DNA of 64,000 nucleotides, from positions 52,504 through 116,503 of the forward strand of contig MGTY01000130.1 of assembly GCA_001799695.1 (NCBI GenBank), given 5' to 3'. The stretch comes from Elusimicrobia bacterium GWA2_69_24 (lineage in GTDB: Bacteria; Elusimicrobiota; Elusimicrobia; UBA1565). Shown piece after piece: positions 17,333 through 26,155 of this stretch. The notes beneath the pieces were generated by a model. That model had not been told where the DNA came from. It saw only the letters and a list, made by a program, of their open reading frames with translations, and made no database searches. The translations under genes and the position numbers were made by a program. Positions within the stretch are counted from its first letter, which is position 1; every line of letters begins with the position of its first letter.

Positions 17333-18441
17333 TGCTCCCCGGCGCCCTCCTGGGGGCGGCCGTCGCCGTATTCCTCCTTTGGCAGCTTGGGAAGTTCGGC
17401 TGGCGCCGCTACGCCGCCGCCCGCGAGGAAGTCTACCAGCCCATCATCCTCATGGCGATCGCCATGGAGATGATGCGCAGGCTCGGCCCGCCCTTCTCGG
17501 AGGGACGCCGGCTCGGGGACTGGACGATCGTGGAGGACGCGGTCGTCAAATGGAGCAAGGGCCTGCGGGGCTACGCGCGCAAGGCCTTCTGCGACATCTT
17601 CGAACAGAACGGTTTCGGCGAGTACGAAGCCCGGCGGCTCCACAGCCTGAGCCGCGGCGCCCGCGCAGAGGCCGCGCGCCGGCTGGGTCAGATGCTGGCG
17701 TTCAAGGCCGCGCCGGACCTGCTCCAAGCGCTCGAAGACCCCTGCGCGGAAGTGCGGCGCACGGCGTCCTGGGCCCTGGCCAACATGAGCCAGTGCGACG
17801 AAGCCCTCCGGCTCGCCACCACGGGCAAGCCCCGCATCTGCAAGGACGAGGACCTCGGCCGCAACGGCGCCGTCTCGGGCCGCTTCTATTGGGACGACGG
17901 CGAGCCGGTCATCGGCTGCGTCGGGGGCAACGTGCAGAGCATGGGCTCTTTGGGCAGCGAATCCCCGCGGGCGCCCTACGAGGATTCCGGCTACCGGCTC
18001 AACGGCGTCAGCGCCGGGGCCCCGGCCGCCCTGCGCGCCAAGCTTCGGCAGTTCGTGGGGGATTACAGCGTCGTGGTGTACCGCACCCGGGAGAATGTGC
18101 TCGTCCGTATGGGCTACATCACCGAGCACATCGATTTCGTCTTCCCGAAGTACCTGAGCCCGGACGACCGGATCTCCATCATGGGTAAGCTCGTGGTGCC
18201 CGCTCCCCCGAAAGAGGACCCCGCGCGCAACCGCATTCCCGAGGCCTGGGTCTCCATCCACTCCCGGGACGCCAGCTTCGGCATGGAGTACCGCTCCTGC
18301 GAAGCCGTCTCGTCCTACCGCCTGCACGACGTCCCGCCCGGCGACTATCACATCCGGGCCGCCTTCGGGGAATACTCCTACGAAGCGCCCCTGAAAGTCT
18401 CCCAGACCCAGCCGATGGTGCTCGACCTTACTTTGAAGTAG
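17329..18441 (+). CDS. N-terminally membrane-anchored protein with a HEAT-like segment and a C-terminal beta-sandwich-like domain
   Basis: TM ALLGAAVAVFLLWQLG. HEAT-like RAEAARRLGQMLAFKAAPDLLQALEDPCAEVRRTASWALANM. C-terminus YRLHDVPPGDYHIRAAFGEYSYEAPLKV resembles carboxypeptidase-regulatory-like folds. Its GTG/ATG start overlaps the upstream TGA. Confidence 0.7.
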   Translation: MMLPGALLGAAVAVFLLWQLGKFGWRRYAAAREEVYQPIILMAIAMEMMRRLGPPFSEGRRLGDWTIVEDAVVKWSKGLRGYARKAFCDIFEQNGFGEYEARRLHSLSRGARAEAARRLGQMLAFKAAPDLLQALEDPCAEVRRTASWALANMSQCDEALRLATTGKPRICKDEDLGRNGAVSGRFYWDDGEPVIGCVGGNVQSMGSLGSESPRAPYEDSGYRLNGVSAGAPAALRAKLRQFVGDYSVVVYRTRENVLVRMGYITEHIDFVFPKYLSPDDRISIMGKLVVPAPPKEDPARNRIPEAWVSIHSRDASFGMEYRSCEAVSSYRLHDVPPGDYHIRAAFGEYSYEAPLKVSQTQPMVLDLTLK

Positions 18442-18613
18442 GGTAGGCCTTCTGCTCCGCCTTCCACGCCGGGCAATGGTCCGCATGCAGGGGATTGTGC
18501 AGCAGCTTCCCGATGAAGGAGTCGGGATGGCTGCGGGCGTGGCTGCACACCGGACAATGGTGGCACACGAAGGACAGCGCCTTCTCGATAGCGGAAAGCT
18601 CCGATGGGTTCAT
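18428..18613 (-). CDS. Small Cys/His-rich protein (61 aa), putative zinc-binding
   Basis: MNPSELSAIEKALSFVCHHCPVCSHARSHPDSFIGKLLHNPLHADHCPAWKAEQKAY. GC3-rich codons are consistent with host coding. Convergent with the upstream gene and overlaps it by 14 nt. Family not recognised. Confidence 0.45.
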   Translation of the reverse strand: MNPSELSAIEKALSFVCHHCPVCSHARSHPDSFIGKLLHNPLHADHCPAWKAEQKAYPTSK

Positions 18614-18645
18614 ATATCCATCTTACCAAAGCCGGGCGGAGGGCC

Positions 18646-18667
18646 GACTCTGTCCAGACAGAGTTGC
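18646..18667. repeat. Palindromic repeat copy 1 (GACTCTGTCCAGACAGAGTTGC)
   Basis: 8-bp arms ACTCTGTC/GACAGAGT around a central CA. Lies 16 nt downstream of the HNH gene stop. Confidence 0.8.
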
Positions 18668-18682
18668 GGGGTTCATTCGGCT

Positions 18683-19726
18683 TCACCCCTTGCGGGGTCC
18701 GAACACCTGCCGCGCAGCGTGCTGGTTGTGGGTACGGCACAGGAGCCGGATGTTGGCCGGGTCGTCCGAGCATCCACCCAAAGCCCAAGGGAGAAGGTGG
18801 TCGAATTCGAGCCACTCCGTCGCCTCGCAGCGCCGCCCATCCCGGGCTACGAAGGCGCAGCGTCCGCCATCCCGGCTCCAGACCTCATCTTGAACACCTT
18901 GGGGGATCCGCCGTGACGACCGGCTCGGCCGCACCCCTCTCTTTCTCGCGTGGGTTCGCCTCCGGGCCGCTTTCCGGGCGATCCTCCGGCGCGGGTCCCG
19001 CGCATCCAGCAGCGATTCGATCGCTTCACCGACGACGTCCTCCAGGCGACCAACGGGATACTTATGCCGGAGCAGACCCTTCGCCAGTTCGATCCGCGCG
19101 AGCAGGTGTTCCGACGCCGTAAAACTGATGCGTACCAGACGGTTCGGCACCGTGGCCTGGGAGGCTTGCGCTGGAGCATCAGGCGGGGAGGGCGGGTCGG
19201 GCGGCGCCGCGGTGACGACCAATTCTGGCTGACGATCGTCGCGTGGGCCTTCAAAGTCCCCCGATTCTCCTGATGGCGGAGGCGGCAGAGCCCGGACCAC
19301 ATCCGCTTGGGGGCCAAACGGCTCGAGTTCGGCCGCGATACGCTCGACTTCCCGGCGGGTTTTCCCGCTGGCCCGAACAAGGAGTCCCTCGGCGTTCGCC
19401 TGGGTCAGATGGGGGGATAGACGGACGAGCGCGCTGAGATGGATCTCACCTCGCGCGAGCATTCCCATCGCTTGCGGGAAATCGCCTATGAGGCGCGCTG
19501 CCCGGATGCGGCAATAGGCTTCGGCCTCGGATAACCCAAGGCGTTTGGTACAGTATTCGAAGAGTGAGGGAAAACTGCGCGGCTCATGACCCCTTCGGCG
19601 ATCGAACTCGGCAAGATGCGCCAGAAAGATGACCAGGACCTGCCGCTCGCCGCTGACAAGTCTTCGGAAGCGGCTGTCGAGTTCGTCGTCCGTGAGGCTC
19701 CCGACCACGACCAATTCGCGAGGCAT
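18683..19726 (-). CDS. HNH endonuclease-domain protein with a DUF222-like N-terminal region (REP13E12-like family)
   Basis: C-terminus CAFVARDGRRCEATEWLEFDHLLPWALGGCSDDPANIRLLCRTHNQHAARQ (HNH). N-terminus LAHLAEFDRRRGHEPRSFPSLFEYCTKRLGLSEAEAYCRIRAARL is typical of DUF222. Start moved to the ATG at 19726 (MPRELVVVG). Confidence 0.8.
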   Translation of the reverse strand: MPRELVVVGSLTDDELDSRFRRLVSGERQVLVIFLAHLAEFDRRRGHEPRSFPSLFEYCTKRLGLSEAEAYCRIRAARLIGDFPQAMGMLARGEIHLSALVRLSPHLTQANAEGLLVRASGKTRREVERIAAELEPFGPQADVVRALPPPPSGESGDFEGPRDDRQPELVVTAAPPDPPSPPDAPAQASQATVPNRLVRISFTASEHLLARIELAKGLLRHKYPVGRLEDVVGEAIESLLDARDPRRRIARKAARRRTHARKRGVRPSRSSRRIPQGVQDEVWSRDGGRCAFVARDGRRCEATEWLEFDHLLPWALGGCSDDPANIRLLCRTHNQHAARQVFGPRKG

Positions 19727-19769
19727 GCCTACAAGTACGATCGACCCGCCGGAAAGTTCCCTGAATTGT

Positions 19770-19788
19770 GACTCTGTCTGGACAGAGT
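19770..19788. repeat. Palindromic repeat copy 2 (GACTCTGTCTGGACAGAGT)
   Basis: Same core as copies 1 and 3. Intergenic, between the HNH gene and the upstream hypothetical gene. Confidence 0.75.
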
Positions 19789-19887
19789 GCGGAGGCGAAG
19801 AGCACGCACCCAAAGAGATGGTCCAGATGTTATCGAACTGCCCCAAAGCGTTTGATGGTGTGCCAGCCAGGCGGGGCTACACTCAAT

Positions 19888-20817
19888 CTATTTCACTTCC
19901 CATTCCTTGGGGTCGTAGTTGTCTATGACATCCAATGCTGGGCCATAGGAGTGGCGAAAAACTTCCTCACGCAACCGCTCTATGCGCTGCTCTCGACTGA
20001 GACCTGTATCAGCCATTATCTTTCTTACCTTGGCCCGCACATCCCCGCCAATTTGTTGACCTCCGGTAGATTTGAATGTCACAGAATGACCTTTCCGAAG
20101 ATCCCCGATGATCCACGACAACACTTGTTCGCAAGCTCTCCGCTCACCTTCTGCGGCCTTCTCTTTTTCCTGCGGCGTTTCTGCATAGTCTTCCGGCAGT
20201 GGTTCCTCAGAGAAATCCAGGCCCAGCAAGATCGGTTTCCCATAATCGGCCAGATGAACATCAAGGGTTGTCGCGCCGGTCCACTTCGGATTCTGAAACA
20301 CACCTGAAGACTTGTCGAGGAATCTAATGACTTCATCCTGGACTTTCTCAAGGGGCTTGGTCTTAATACCCTCCACATACAATTTATAGGCCAGTCGAAT
20401 AGCTCGCCCAGTTTCCCTGTATGCACCCAATTGAACCTGGGTGGGTGGCGGTGGACGATTTCGTGCCTCCTCCCGTTCCAGAAGCAGTGATGGTTCCACC
20501 TGCACTCCATTCACCATTAGACGCTTACCTTGGTACTCGACCTTGTAGGGCGGGGGGATGACATGCCCATAGGCAATGACCAGCCCGGTGGTTATACCTT
20601 GGCTCTGTTTGATCGGATGGATGTCAATCTTCCTAGAACCCCTAATCCTAGTCCGCTTGATATACCGAGATAGGCCGGTGTCCGTCATCTCGGACGATTG
20701 GGCCGACATATCCCTTTCAGTCTTCGCTGGCGACTGCGCGAACAAGGGATAGGGAGTCGGAATCGTCGGCAGGAGAATCATGCTGAGTCTTAGAATATAG
20801 GCGTTCAGTGTTGTCAT
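19888..20817 (-). CDS. Hypothetical protein, low GC, possible N-terminal signal/anchor, no recognised domain
   Basis: Long ORF in a segment of about 43-50% GC. MTTLNAYILRLSMILLPTIPTPYPLFAQSPA looks signal-like. Alternative starts at 20883 and 20781. No motif recognised. Confidence 0.6.
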   Translation of the reverse strand: MTTLNAYILRLSMILLPTIPTPYPLFAQSPAKTERDMSAQSSEMTDTGLSRYIKRTRIRGSRKIDIHPIKQSQGITTGLVIAYGHVIPPPYKVEYQGKRLMVNGVQVEPSLLLEREEARNRPPPPTQVQLGAYRETGRAIRLAYKLYVEGIKTKPLEKVQDEVIRFLDKSSGVFQNPKWTGATTLDVHLADYGKPILLGLDFSEEPLPEDYAETPQEKEKAAEGERRACEQVLSWIIGDLRKGHSVTFKSTGGQQIGGDVRAKVRKIMADTGLSREQRIERLREEVFRHSYGPALDVIDNYDPKEWEVK

Positions 20818-20920
20818 GCTCAGCACTTTGAACAGTATATGTGGATTCAGATATTTGTCAACCGGACTAGCATTGGGCGGCAATTAGGCGCATCGAGGAA
20901 GCACCTAATTGACTGCGCTG

Positions 20921-20942
20921 GCAACTCTGTCTGGACAGAGTC
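20921..20942. repeat. Palindromic repeat copy 3 (reverse complement of copy 1, 22/22)
   Basis: GCAACTCTGTCTGGACAGAGTC at 20921..20942. Confidence 0.8.
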
Positions 20943-20998
20943 ACCCCCCACTTTGGCCCTCCCCCACAAGAGGGGCGGGTATCCATAAGCCGCGCCGA

Positions 20999-23323
20999 CT
21001 ACTTCTTCTCGGCCAGGGCCTTGAGTACCTTCTCCCGGGTGAAGGGGGGGTAGCGCAGGCGCACTCCCACGGCGTTGTAGATGGCGTTGGAGATGCCGGG
21101 GAGCGCGCCGTTGATGCAGATCTCCGAGACGCTCTTGGCCCCGTAGGGCCCGGTCTTCTCGTAGCTGGGGACCAGGATGGTCTTGATCTCCGGCATGTCC
21201 CGCATGGAGTAGAGCCGGTAGTCGAGCAGGCTCGGGTTGAGGGTCTTGCCCTTGGCGTCGAAGCGGTACTCCTCGGTCAGGGCGTAGCAGATGCCGTTCA
21301 TCACCCCGCCCTCGGTCTGGCCCTCGGCCAGGGCCGGGTTGATCGCGGTCCCGCAGTCCACCGCGGCCACGTACTTCACCACGCGCACCGCGCCCGTCAG
21401 GGTATCCACCTCGACCTCGATGAAATGGGCCGAGAAGGGCGGCGGCGACTTGTGGGTGATGTGCGAGGCCATGTCCCCGATCTGGAACTGGTTCGCCCCG
21501 TAGAGGGCGTGCAGGGCGACCTGGGAGAAGGTCAGCTCCTTGGACCCGTCCTTGGCCACGACCTTGGAGTCCTTGAGGTCGAGCTCGGCGGCGGGCTTGC
21601 CCAGCAGGGCCGCGCCCACCTCCAGGATCTGCTTGCGCACCTTCAGGGCGGCCTTTTGCACCGCGGAGCCCGTGAGGTACGTCGTGCTCGACGCGTAGGC
21701 GCCCACGTCGAACGGGGTCAGGTCCGTGTCCGAGGAGTACACGAGCATCTTCTCGATGTCGGTGCCCAGGGCCTCGGCCGCGATCTGGGCCAGGATGGTG
21801 TCCGACCCGGTGCCGAGGTCGGTGGCGCCCATGAGCAGGTTGAAGGAGCCGTCGTCGTTCATCTTGATGGACGCCGCCCCCATGTCGATCTCGGGGACGC
21901 TGGAGCCCTGCATGAGCGTGCACATGCCCAGACCGCGGCGCAAGCGCCCGGTCTTCTCCGTGTGGGGCTTGCGCTTGCGCCAACCGATCTCCTTGGCGCC
22001 GAGCTTGATGCACTTGTCGAGCTCGCAGGAGCCGATGGTCTGCTCGACGCCTTCCTTACCCTCGCCCAGGGCCGCGAACACCGGGGAGCCCTCGCCCCCG
22101 CGGATATGGTTCTTGAGGCGGAGCTCGGCGGGGTCCATGCCGATGGCCTCGGCCATCTGGTCCATGTTCACCTCGACGCCGAAGGCGGCCTGCGTGGCGC
22201 CGTAGCCGCGGTAGGCGCCGGCGACCGGGAGATTGGTGTATACCGAGGTCCCATTGAACAGCACGTTGGGCGTCTTATAGAGCGGCAGGACCTTGCTGCC
22301 GCAGTTGCAGACCACGGTCAGGGCGTGGGAGCCGTAGGCTCCGGTGTTGGTGATGACGTCCATGCCGATGGCCGTGATGGAGCCGTCCTTCTTCACTGCC
22401 GTCTGGATGCGGACCCGCGCGGGATGCCGCGTCCGGGAGCTGATGAACTCCTCGGCCCGGGTGTATTCCAGCAGCACCGGCTTCCGGGCTTTAAGCGCCA
22501 GCATGCCCACGAGGTCCTCGATGAGGACTTCCTGCTTGGCGCCGAAACCGCCGCCGATGCGGGGCTTGATGACCCGGATCTTGCGCACCGGGACGCCGAT
22601 CGCCTGCGCCGCGATGCGCCGGGCATGGAAGGGTACCTGCGTGCTGGTCAAGATCACGAGCCGGTCCTCGGAGTCGAGATGGGCCATGGTGACGTGCGGC
22701 TCCATGGGGGTGTGCTGTCCGTATTGCGTCTCGTAGGTCTCGTCGAAGCGGAAGTCGCCTTCCGCGAGCCCTTTTTCCAGGTCGCCGACCTTCATGGCGA
22801 CCCGGGCCGCGACGTTCTTCTTGGGCTCGTAGGGGACGGGGATGAGGATGGAGGCATCCGCCTCGTCATGGATGACCGGGGAGCCCTCCTTCAGGGCCGC
22901 GTCGATGGACAAGACCGGCTCAAGGACCTCGTACTCGACCTTGATGGCCTCCAGGGCGGCTTCGGCGATCTCAGCCGTGCGCGCGGCCACGGCGGCTACG
23001 CGGTCGCCCACGAAGCGGACCTTGTTGTCGAACATGAAGGTGTCGTAGGGGGACGGCTCGGGGAAACCCTGCCCGGCGGTGGTGTGGGGGATGCGGGGCA
23101 CGTTGCCGTGATAGAGCACGGCCGCCACGCCCGGCATCTTCTCCGCGGCGCTCACGTCGATGGACTTGATGCGCGCGTGGGCGTGCGGGCTCCAGAGCAC
23201 CTTGGCGATGAGGCAGTCCTCCGGCGCGAAGTCCGCCACGTACATGGGTTTGCCCAAAGACAGGGCGAGCGCGTCGCGTTTCTTGACCGATTTGCCGACG
23301 ACGTTGAACTCCCTAGCGGCCAT
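20999..23323 (-). CDS. Xanthine dehydrogenase/aldehyde oxidase-family molybdopterin-binding large subunit
   Basis: 774 aa. MAAREFNVVGKSVKKRDALALSLGKPMYVADF...VRFVGDRVAAVAA...GGGFGAKQE... is typical of this family. Last gene of a four-gene operon. Confidence 0.9.
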   Translation of the reverse strand: MAAREFNVVGKSVKKRDALALSLGKPMYVADFAPEDCLIAKVLWSPHAHARIKSIDVSAAEKMPGVAAVLYHGNVPRIPHTTAGQGFPEPSPYDTFMFDNKVRFVGDRVAAVAARTAEIAEAALEAIKVEYEVLEPVLSIDAALKEGSPVIHDEADASILIPVPYEPKKNVAARVAMKVGDLEKGLAEGDFRFDETYETQYGQHTPMEPHVTMAHLDSEDRLVILTSTQVPFHARRIAAQAIGVPVRKIRVIKPRIGGGFGAKQEVLIEDLVGMLALKARKPVLLEYTRAEEFISSRTRHPARVRIQTAVKKDGSITAIGMDVITNTGAYGSHALTVVCNCGSKVLPLYKTPNVLFNGTSVYTNLPVAGAYRGYGATQAAFGVEVNMDQMAEAIGMDPAELRLKNHIRGGEGSPVFAALGEGKEGVEQTIGSCELDKCIKLGAKEIGWRKRKPHTEKTGRLRRGLGMCTLMQGSSVPEIDMGAASIKMNDDGSFNLLMGATDLGTGSDTILAQIAAEALGTDIEKMLVYSSDTDLTPFDVGAYASSTTYLTGSAVQKAALKVRKQILEVGAALLGKPAAELDLKDSKVVAKDGSKELTFSQVALHALYGANQFQIGDMASHITHKSPPPFSAHFIEVEVDTLTGAVRVVKYVAAVDCGTAINPALAEGQTEGGVMNGICYALTEEYRFDAKGKTLNPSLLDYRLYSMRDMPEIKTILVPSYEKTGPYGAKSVSEICINGALPGISNAIYNAVGVRLRYPPFTREKVLKALAEKK

Positions 23324-23792
23324 CGGAGCCTCCTCCGGACACCTTCCGGAACGCGGTCCAGATCTTCTCGTAGCCGGTGCAGCGGCAGAGCACGCCGTCC
23401 ATGTATTCCCGCGCCTTGGCCTCCGTCGGGCGCGGGTCCTGGTCCAGCAGGGCTTTGGCCGACAGCACCATGCCGGGGGTGCAGTAGCCGCACTGGACCC
23501 CGCTCGACTCTACCAGCGCCTCTTGGAACGGGTGGGGCTTGTCGAAGTCCCCGACGCCCTCGATCGTCCGCACGTCCCGCCCGTCGGCCTGGAAGGCGTA
23601 GAGGATGCAGGAGTATTCGGCGCGCCCGTCGATGATGACGGTGCAAGTCCCGCAGGACCCCTCGCCGCAGCCGAACTTCACGCCCTTGCAGCCCGAGCGG
23701 CGCAGGAGGTGGAGCAGATGCTCGTCGGGGAGCACGGAGAACTCCCGCTTCTCCCCGTTGAGCGTGAACGATATCTTCCTGGTCTCAGCCAT
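23313..23792 (-). CDS. (2Fe-2S)-binding small subunit of the xanthine-dehydrogenase-family enzyme
   Basis: GCGEGSCGTCTVIIDG...CGYCTPGMVLSA...LCRCTGYEKI. Start moved to the ATG at 23792 (MAETRKISFTLNG). Confidence 0.9.
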   Translation of the reverse strand: MAETRKISFTLNGEKREFSVLPDEHLLHLLRRSGCKGVKFGCGEGSCGTCTVIIDGRAEYSCILYAFQADGRDVRTIEGVGDFDKPHPFQEALVESSGVQCGYCTPGMVLSAKALLDQDPRPTEAKAREYMDGVLCRCTGYEKIWTAFRKVSGGGSDGR

Positions 23793-24654
23793 GGTTCCCC
23801 TCCTGGGCGTCGCGCACCGCCGCCGCGACCGCGTCCCGGACCGCCACCGGCGCCAGCGCCGCGGCGTACGCATCCGAAAAACCGCACTCCCCCTTCCAGG
23901 GCAGGCCCGCGCAGCCTTCCCGCGCCTCCGCGAGGAAGGCGTCCTCGTCCAAGCCCTTCCTGGGCACCGCCTTGCCCACCAGCAGGGACTCCACCTTCTC
24001 GAGTCGCTTGGGGAAGGGGAGCGCGGCGCCCGCGGCCGCCCGCAGTTCCACGATCCGGCCGCTCACCACGCGGGCCGCGACCGCCGCGGTCGCCAGGGAG
24101 AAGTCCGCGTGCGTACGGACCTCCTTGCGGTAGCCGAAACCCCAGCCCGAGGCCAGCCGCCCCACCTTCACGGCGGTCAGGATGTCGCCGTCCGGGAGGA
24201 AGCGGCGCGGGGACGCGGCCAGGAACTCGCTCCCGCGGACGGGGCGGTCCTGGCCGGTGAGCGTGCGCACGGTCATCTCGCATTCCAGCGCAAGCAGGGC
24301 GACCGGGAAATCGTTCCAGCGGAACACCCGGGCCAGGTTGCCGCCGAAGGTGGACATGTTGCGGATCTGCTGGGTGGCGAAGGCCCGGGCCACGCGGTCC
24401 AGCGCCCACCCTTTGGCGCGGAACTCCTGGAGCTCCGCCACCGGGGTCAGGGCGCCGACGAGGAACGCCTCGGGGAGCTCCTTGATGCCGGACAGCCCGA
24501 GACGACGGATGTCGACGGCCGTGCGCCCCGCTTTCCCCTTGTTGAACACCAGCGAGGTCCCCCCCGCCAGGAGCAGGCCGGCTTCGCCGAGCTCCTTGAG
24601 GGTCCGGCCGGCGTCCTCCAGCCGGGCCGGGGTCTTAAAATCGATGATCTTCAT
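23785..24654 (-). CDS. FAD-binding (CoxM/XdhB-like) medium subunit
   Basis: MKIIDFKTPARLEDAGRTLKELGEAGLLLAGGTSLVFN...IRNMSTFGGNLA is typical of FAD_binding_5 subunits. Confidence 0.85.
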   Translation of the reverse strand: MKIIDFKTPARLEDAGRTLKELGEAGLLLAGGTSLVFNKGKAGRTAVDIRRLGLSGIKELPEAFLVGALTPVAELQEFRAKGWALDRVARAFATQQIRNMSTFGGNLARVFRWNDFPVALLALECEMTVRTLTGQDRPVRGSEFLAASPRRFLPDGDILTAVKVGRLASGWGFGYRKEVRTHADFSLATAAVAARVVSGRIVELRAAAGAALPFPKRLEKVESLLVGKAVPRKGLDEDAFLAEAREGCAGLPWKGECGFSDAYAAALAPVAVRDAVAAAVRDAQEGNHG

Positions 24655-24670
24655 CCCATTCCTCCCGAAA

Positions 24671-26062
24671 TCAGCGGTATGACGTCTTCAGCTTGCTTTC
24701 CGCCGCCGACAGCATCCGCTCGGAGACGCGGTTCGCCTCGTGGAAGAGCTTCTCCTCGTCGATCCCCACGAGCCGGCCTTCGCGGACCAGGACCTTCCCA
24801 TTCACGACCGTGACGTCCGCCCGCTGTCCCGAACCGCAGAAAAGCACCGCGGAGGCCGGGTCGTGCATGGCCCCGGCGAAATCCAGGCGGTCGAGGCGGA
24901 AAACGGCCAGGTCGGCGGCCTTCCCGGGCGCCAAGGACCCGATCTCGTCGTGCCCCAGCACGCGCGCGCCGCCCGTCGTGGCCATCTGGAGCACCTTCTG
25001 GGGCGGCATCGCGCCGACCCCGGTCCCCACCCGGTGCACCATGAGCGCCGTCTGCATCTCGCGCAGGAAACCCGAGGAATCGTTGGACGCGCTGCCGTCC
25101 ACCGCGAGCCCCACCGGGACTCCGGCCGCGAGCATCTCGGGGACGCGGGCGATCCCCGACCCCAGGCGGAGGTTCGAACAGGGGCAGTGGGCCACCCCCG
25201 TCCCGGTCTTGGCCAGCTGGCGGATCTCGTCGTTGTTGAAGTAGATGCCGTGGGCGTACCACACGTCGTCGCCCAGCCAGCCCACGCTCTCCATGTAGTC
25301 CAGCGGCCGCATGCAGAGCTTCTCCAGGCAGTACTCCTCCTCGTCGCGGGTCTCGCAGAGGTGGGTGTGCAGGCGCACCTTGTGCCGGCGCGCGAAGGCC
25401 GCGGTCTCCTTAAGGAGTTCGGTGGTCACCGAGAAGGGCGAGCACGGGGCCAGGGCGATGCGGCACATGGAGAAGGGCTTGGGATCGTGATATTTCGCGA
25501 TGAGCCGCTCGCAATCCTTGAGGATGACGTCCGGCGTCTGCACCACGTCGTCGGGAGGCAATCCGCCGGCGGAGCGGCCGCGGCTCATGCTGCCGCGGGT
25601 GGGGTGGAAGCGCACCCCCATGGCGCGGGCCGCCGAGATCTCCGCGTCGATGAGTTCTCCGGAGACCCCCTTTGGGAACAGGTACAGGTGGTCCGTCGTG
25701 GTGGTGCAGCCGGAGAGCAGGAGCTCCCCCACGCCGACCCGGGTGCTGACGTCCACGGCCTCGGGATCGAGCTCGCGCCAGACCTCGTAGAGCCCGAGCA
25801 GCCAGTCGAAGAGCTTGGCGTTCTGGACCTTGGGGATGTTGCGAGTGAGCGTCTGATAGAGGTGATGGTGGGTGTTGACGAAGCCCGGGTAGACCACCCT
25901 CCAGCGCCCGTCCAGGACCTCGTCCCCCGGCTGCTGCTCCAGACCCTTCCCGATGGCGGAGACCTTCCCATCCTCGGCCAGAAGGTCGACGCCATGCAGC
26001 GGTGCCTGGCCTTCGACCATCGTGACCAGGGTGTGGATGTCGCGGATGAGCAATCGTGGCAT
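24671..26062 (-). CDS. Amidohydrolase, 8-oxoguanine deaminase / guanine-deaminase-like
   Basis: PGFVNTHHHLYQTLTR...HTHLCETRDEEEY...WYAHGIYFNNDE...GVAHCPCSNLRLGSG...VGLAVDGSASND. Start moved to the ATG at 26062 (MPRLLIRDIH). Confidence 0.8.
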   Translation of the reverse strand: MPRLLIRDIHTLVTMVEGQAPLHGVDLLAEDGKVSAIGKGLEQQPGDEVLDGRWRVVYPGFVNTHHHLYQTLTRNIPKVQNAKLFDWLLGLYEVWRELDPEAVDVSTRVGVGELLLSGCTTTTDHLYLFPKGVSGELIDAEISAARAMGVRFHPTRGSMSRGRSAGGLPPDDVVQTPDVILKDCERLIAKYHDPKPFSMCRIALAPCSPFSVTTELLKETAAFARRHKVRLHTHLCETRDEEEYCLEKLCMRPLDYMESVGWLGDDVWYAHGIYFNNDEIRQLAKTGTGVAHCPCSNLRLGSGIARVPEMLAAGVPVGLAVDGSASNDSSGFLREMQTALMVHRVGTGVGAMPPQKVLQMATTGGARVLGHDEIGSLAPGKAADLAVFRLDRLDFAGAMHDPASAVLFCGSGQRADVTVVNGKVLVREGRLVGIDEEKLFHEANRVSERMLSAAESKLKTSYR

Positions 26063-26155
26063 AGGGTCCCCTGGAAGACGGAGTCTCTGGCCGTATACTG
26101 CCAAAATGGAGAATCCTTGGCAATCGGGCCCGCCCATCTTGGTACGCTATACGCG

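Larger units (their letters stand above)
18646..20942. mobile_element. Possible 2.3-kb foreign cassette bounded by perfect 22-bp inverted repeats
   Basis: GACTCTGTCCAGACAGAGTTGC at 18646..18667 is the exact reverse complement of 20921..20942. A third related copy lies at 19770..19788 between the two enclosed genes. Sampled GC is about 43-62% against about 70% in the flanks. Confidence 0.4.

Noticed and set aside
20909-23635. 908-aa plus-strand ORF and other long alternate-frame ORFs (20847..22013, 23160..24260, 23605..24813)
   Set aside because: They are antisense or off-frame to the clearly recognisable xanthine-dehydrogenase-family subunit genes. Their sequences are Arg/Gly/His-rich with no motifs.
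24740-26155. N-terminal 472 codons of the 756-aa plus-strand ORF 24740..27010
   Set aside because: This part is antisense to the amidohydrolase gene. Only the portion from the ATG at 26156 (MEPEPMDEAELRRY...) matches TcdA.
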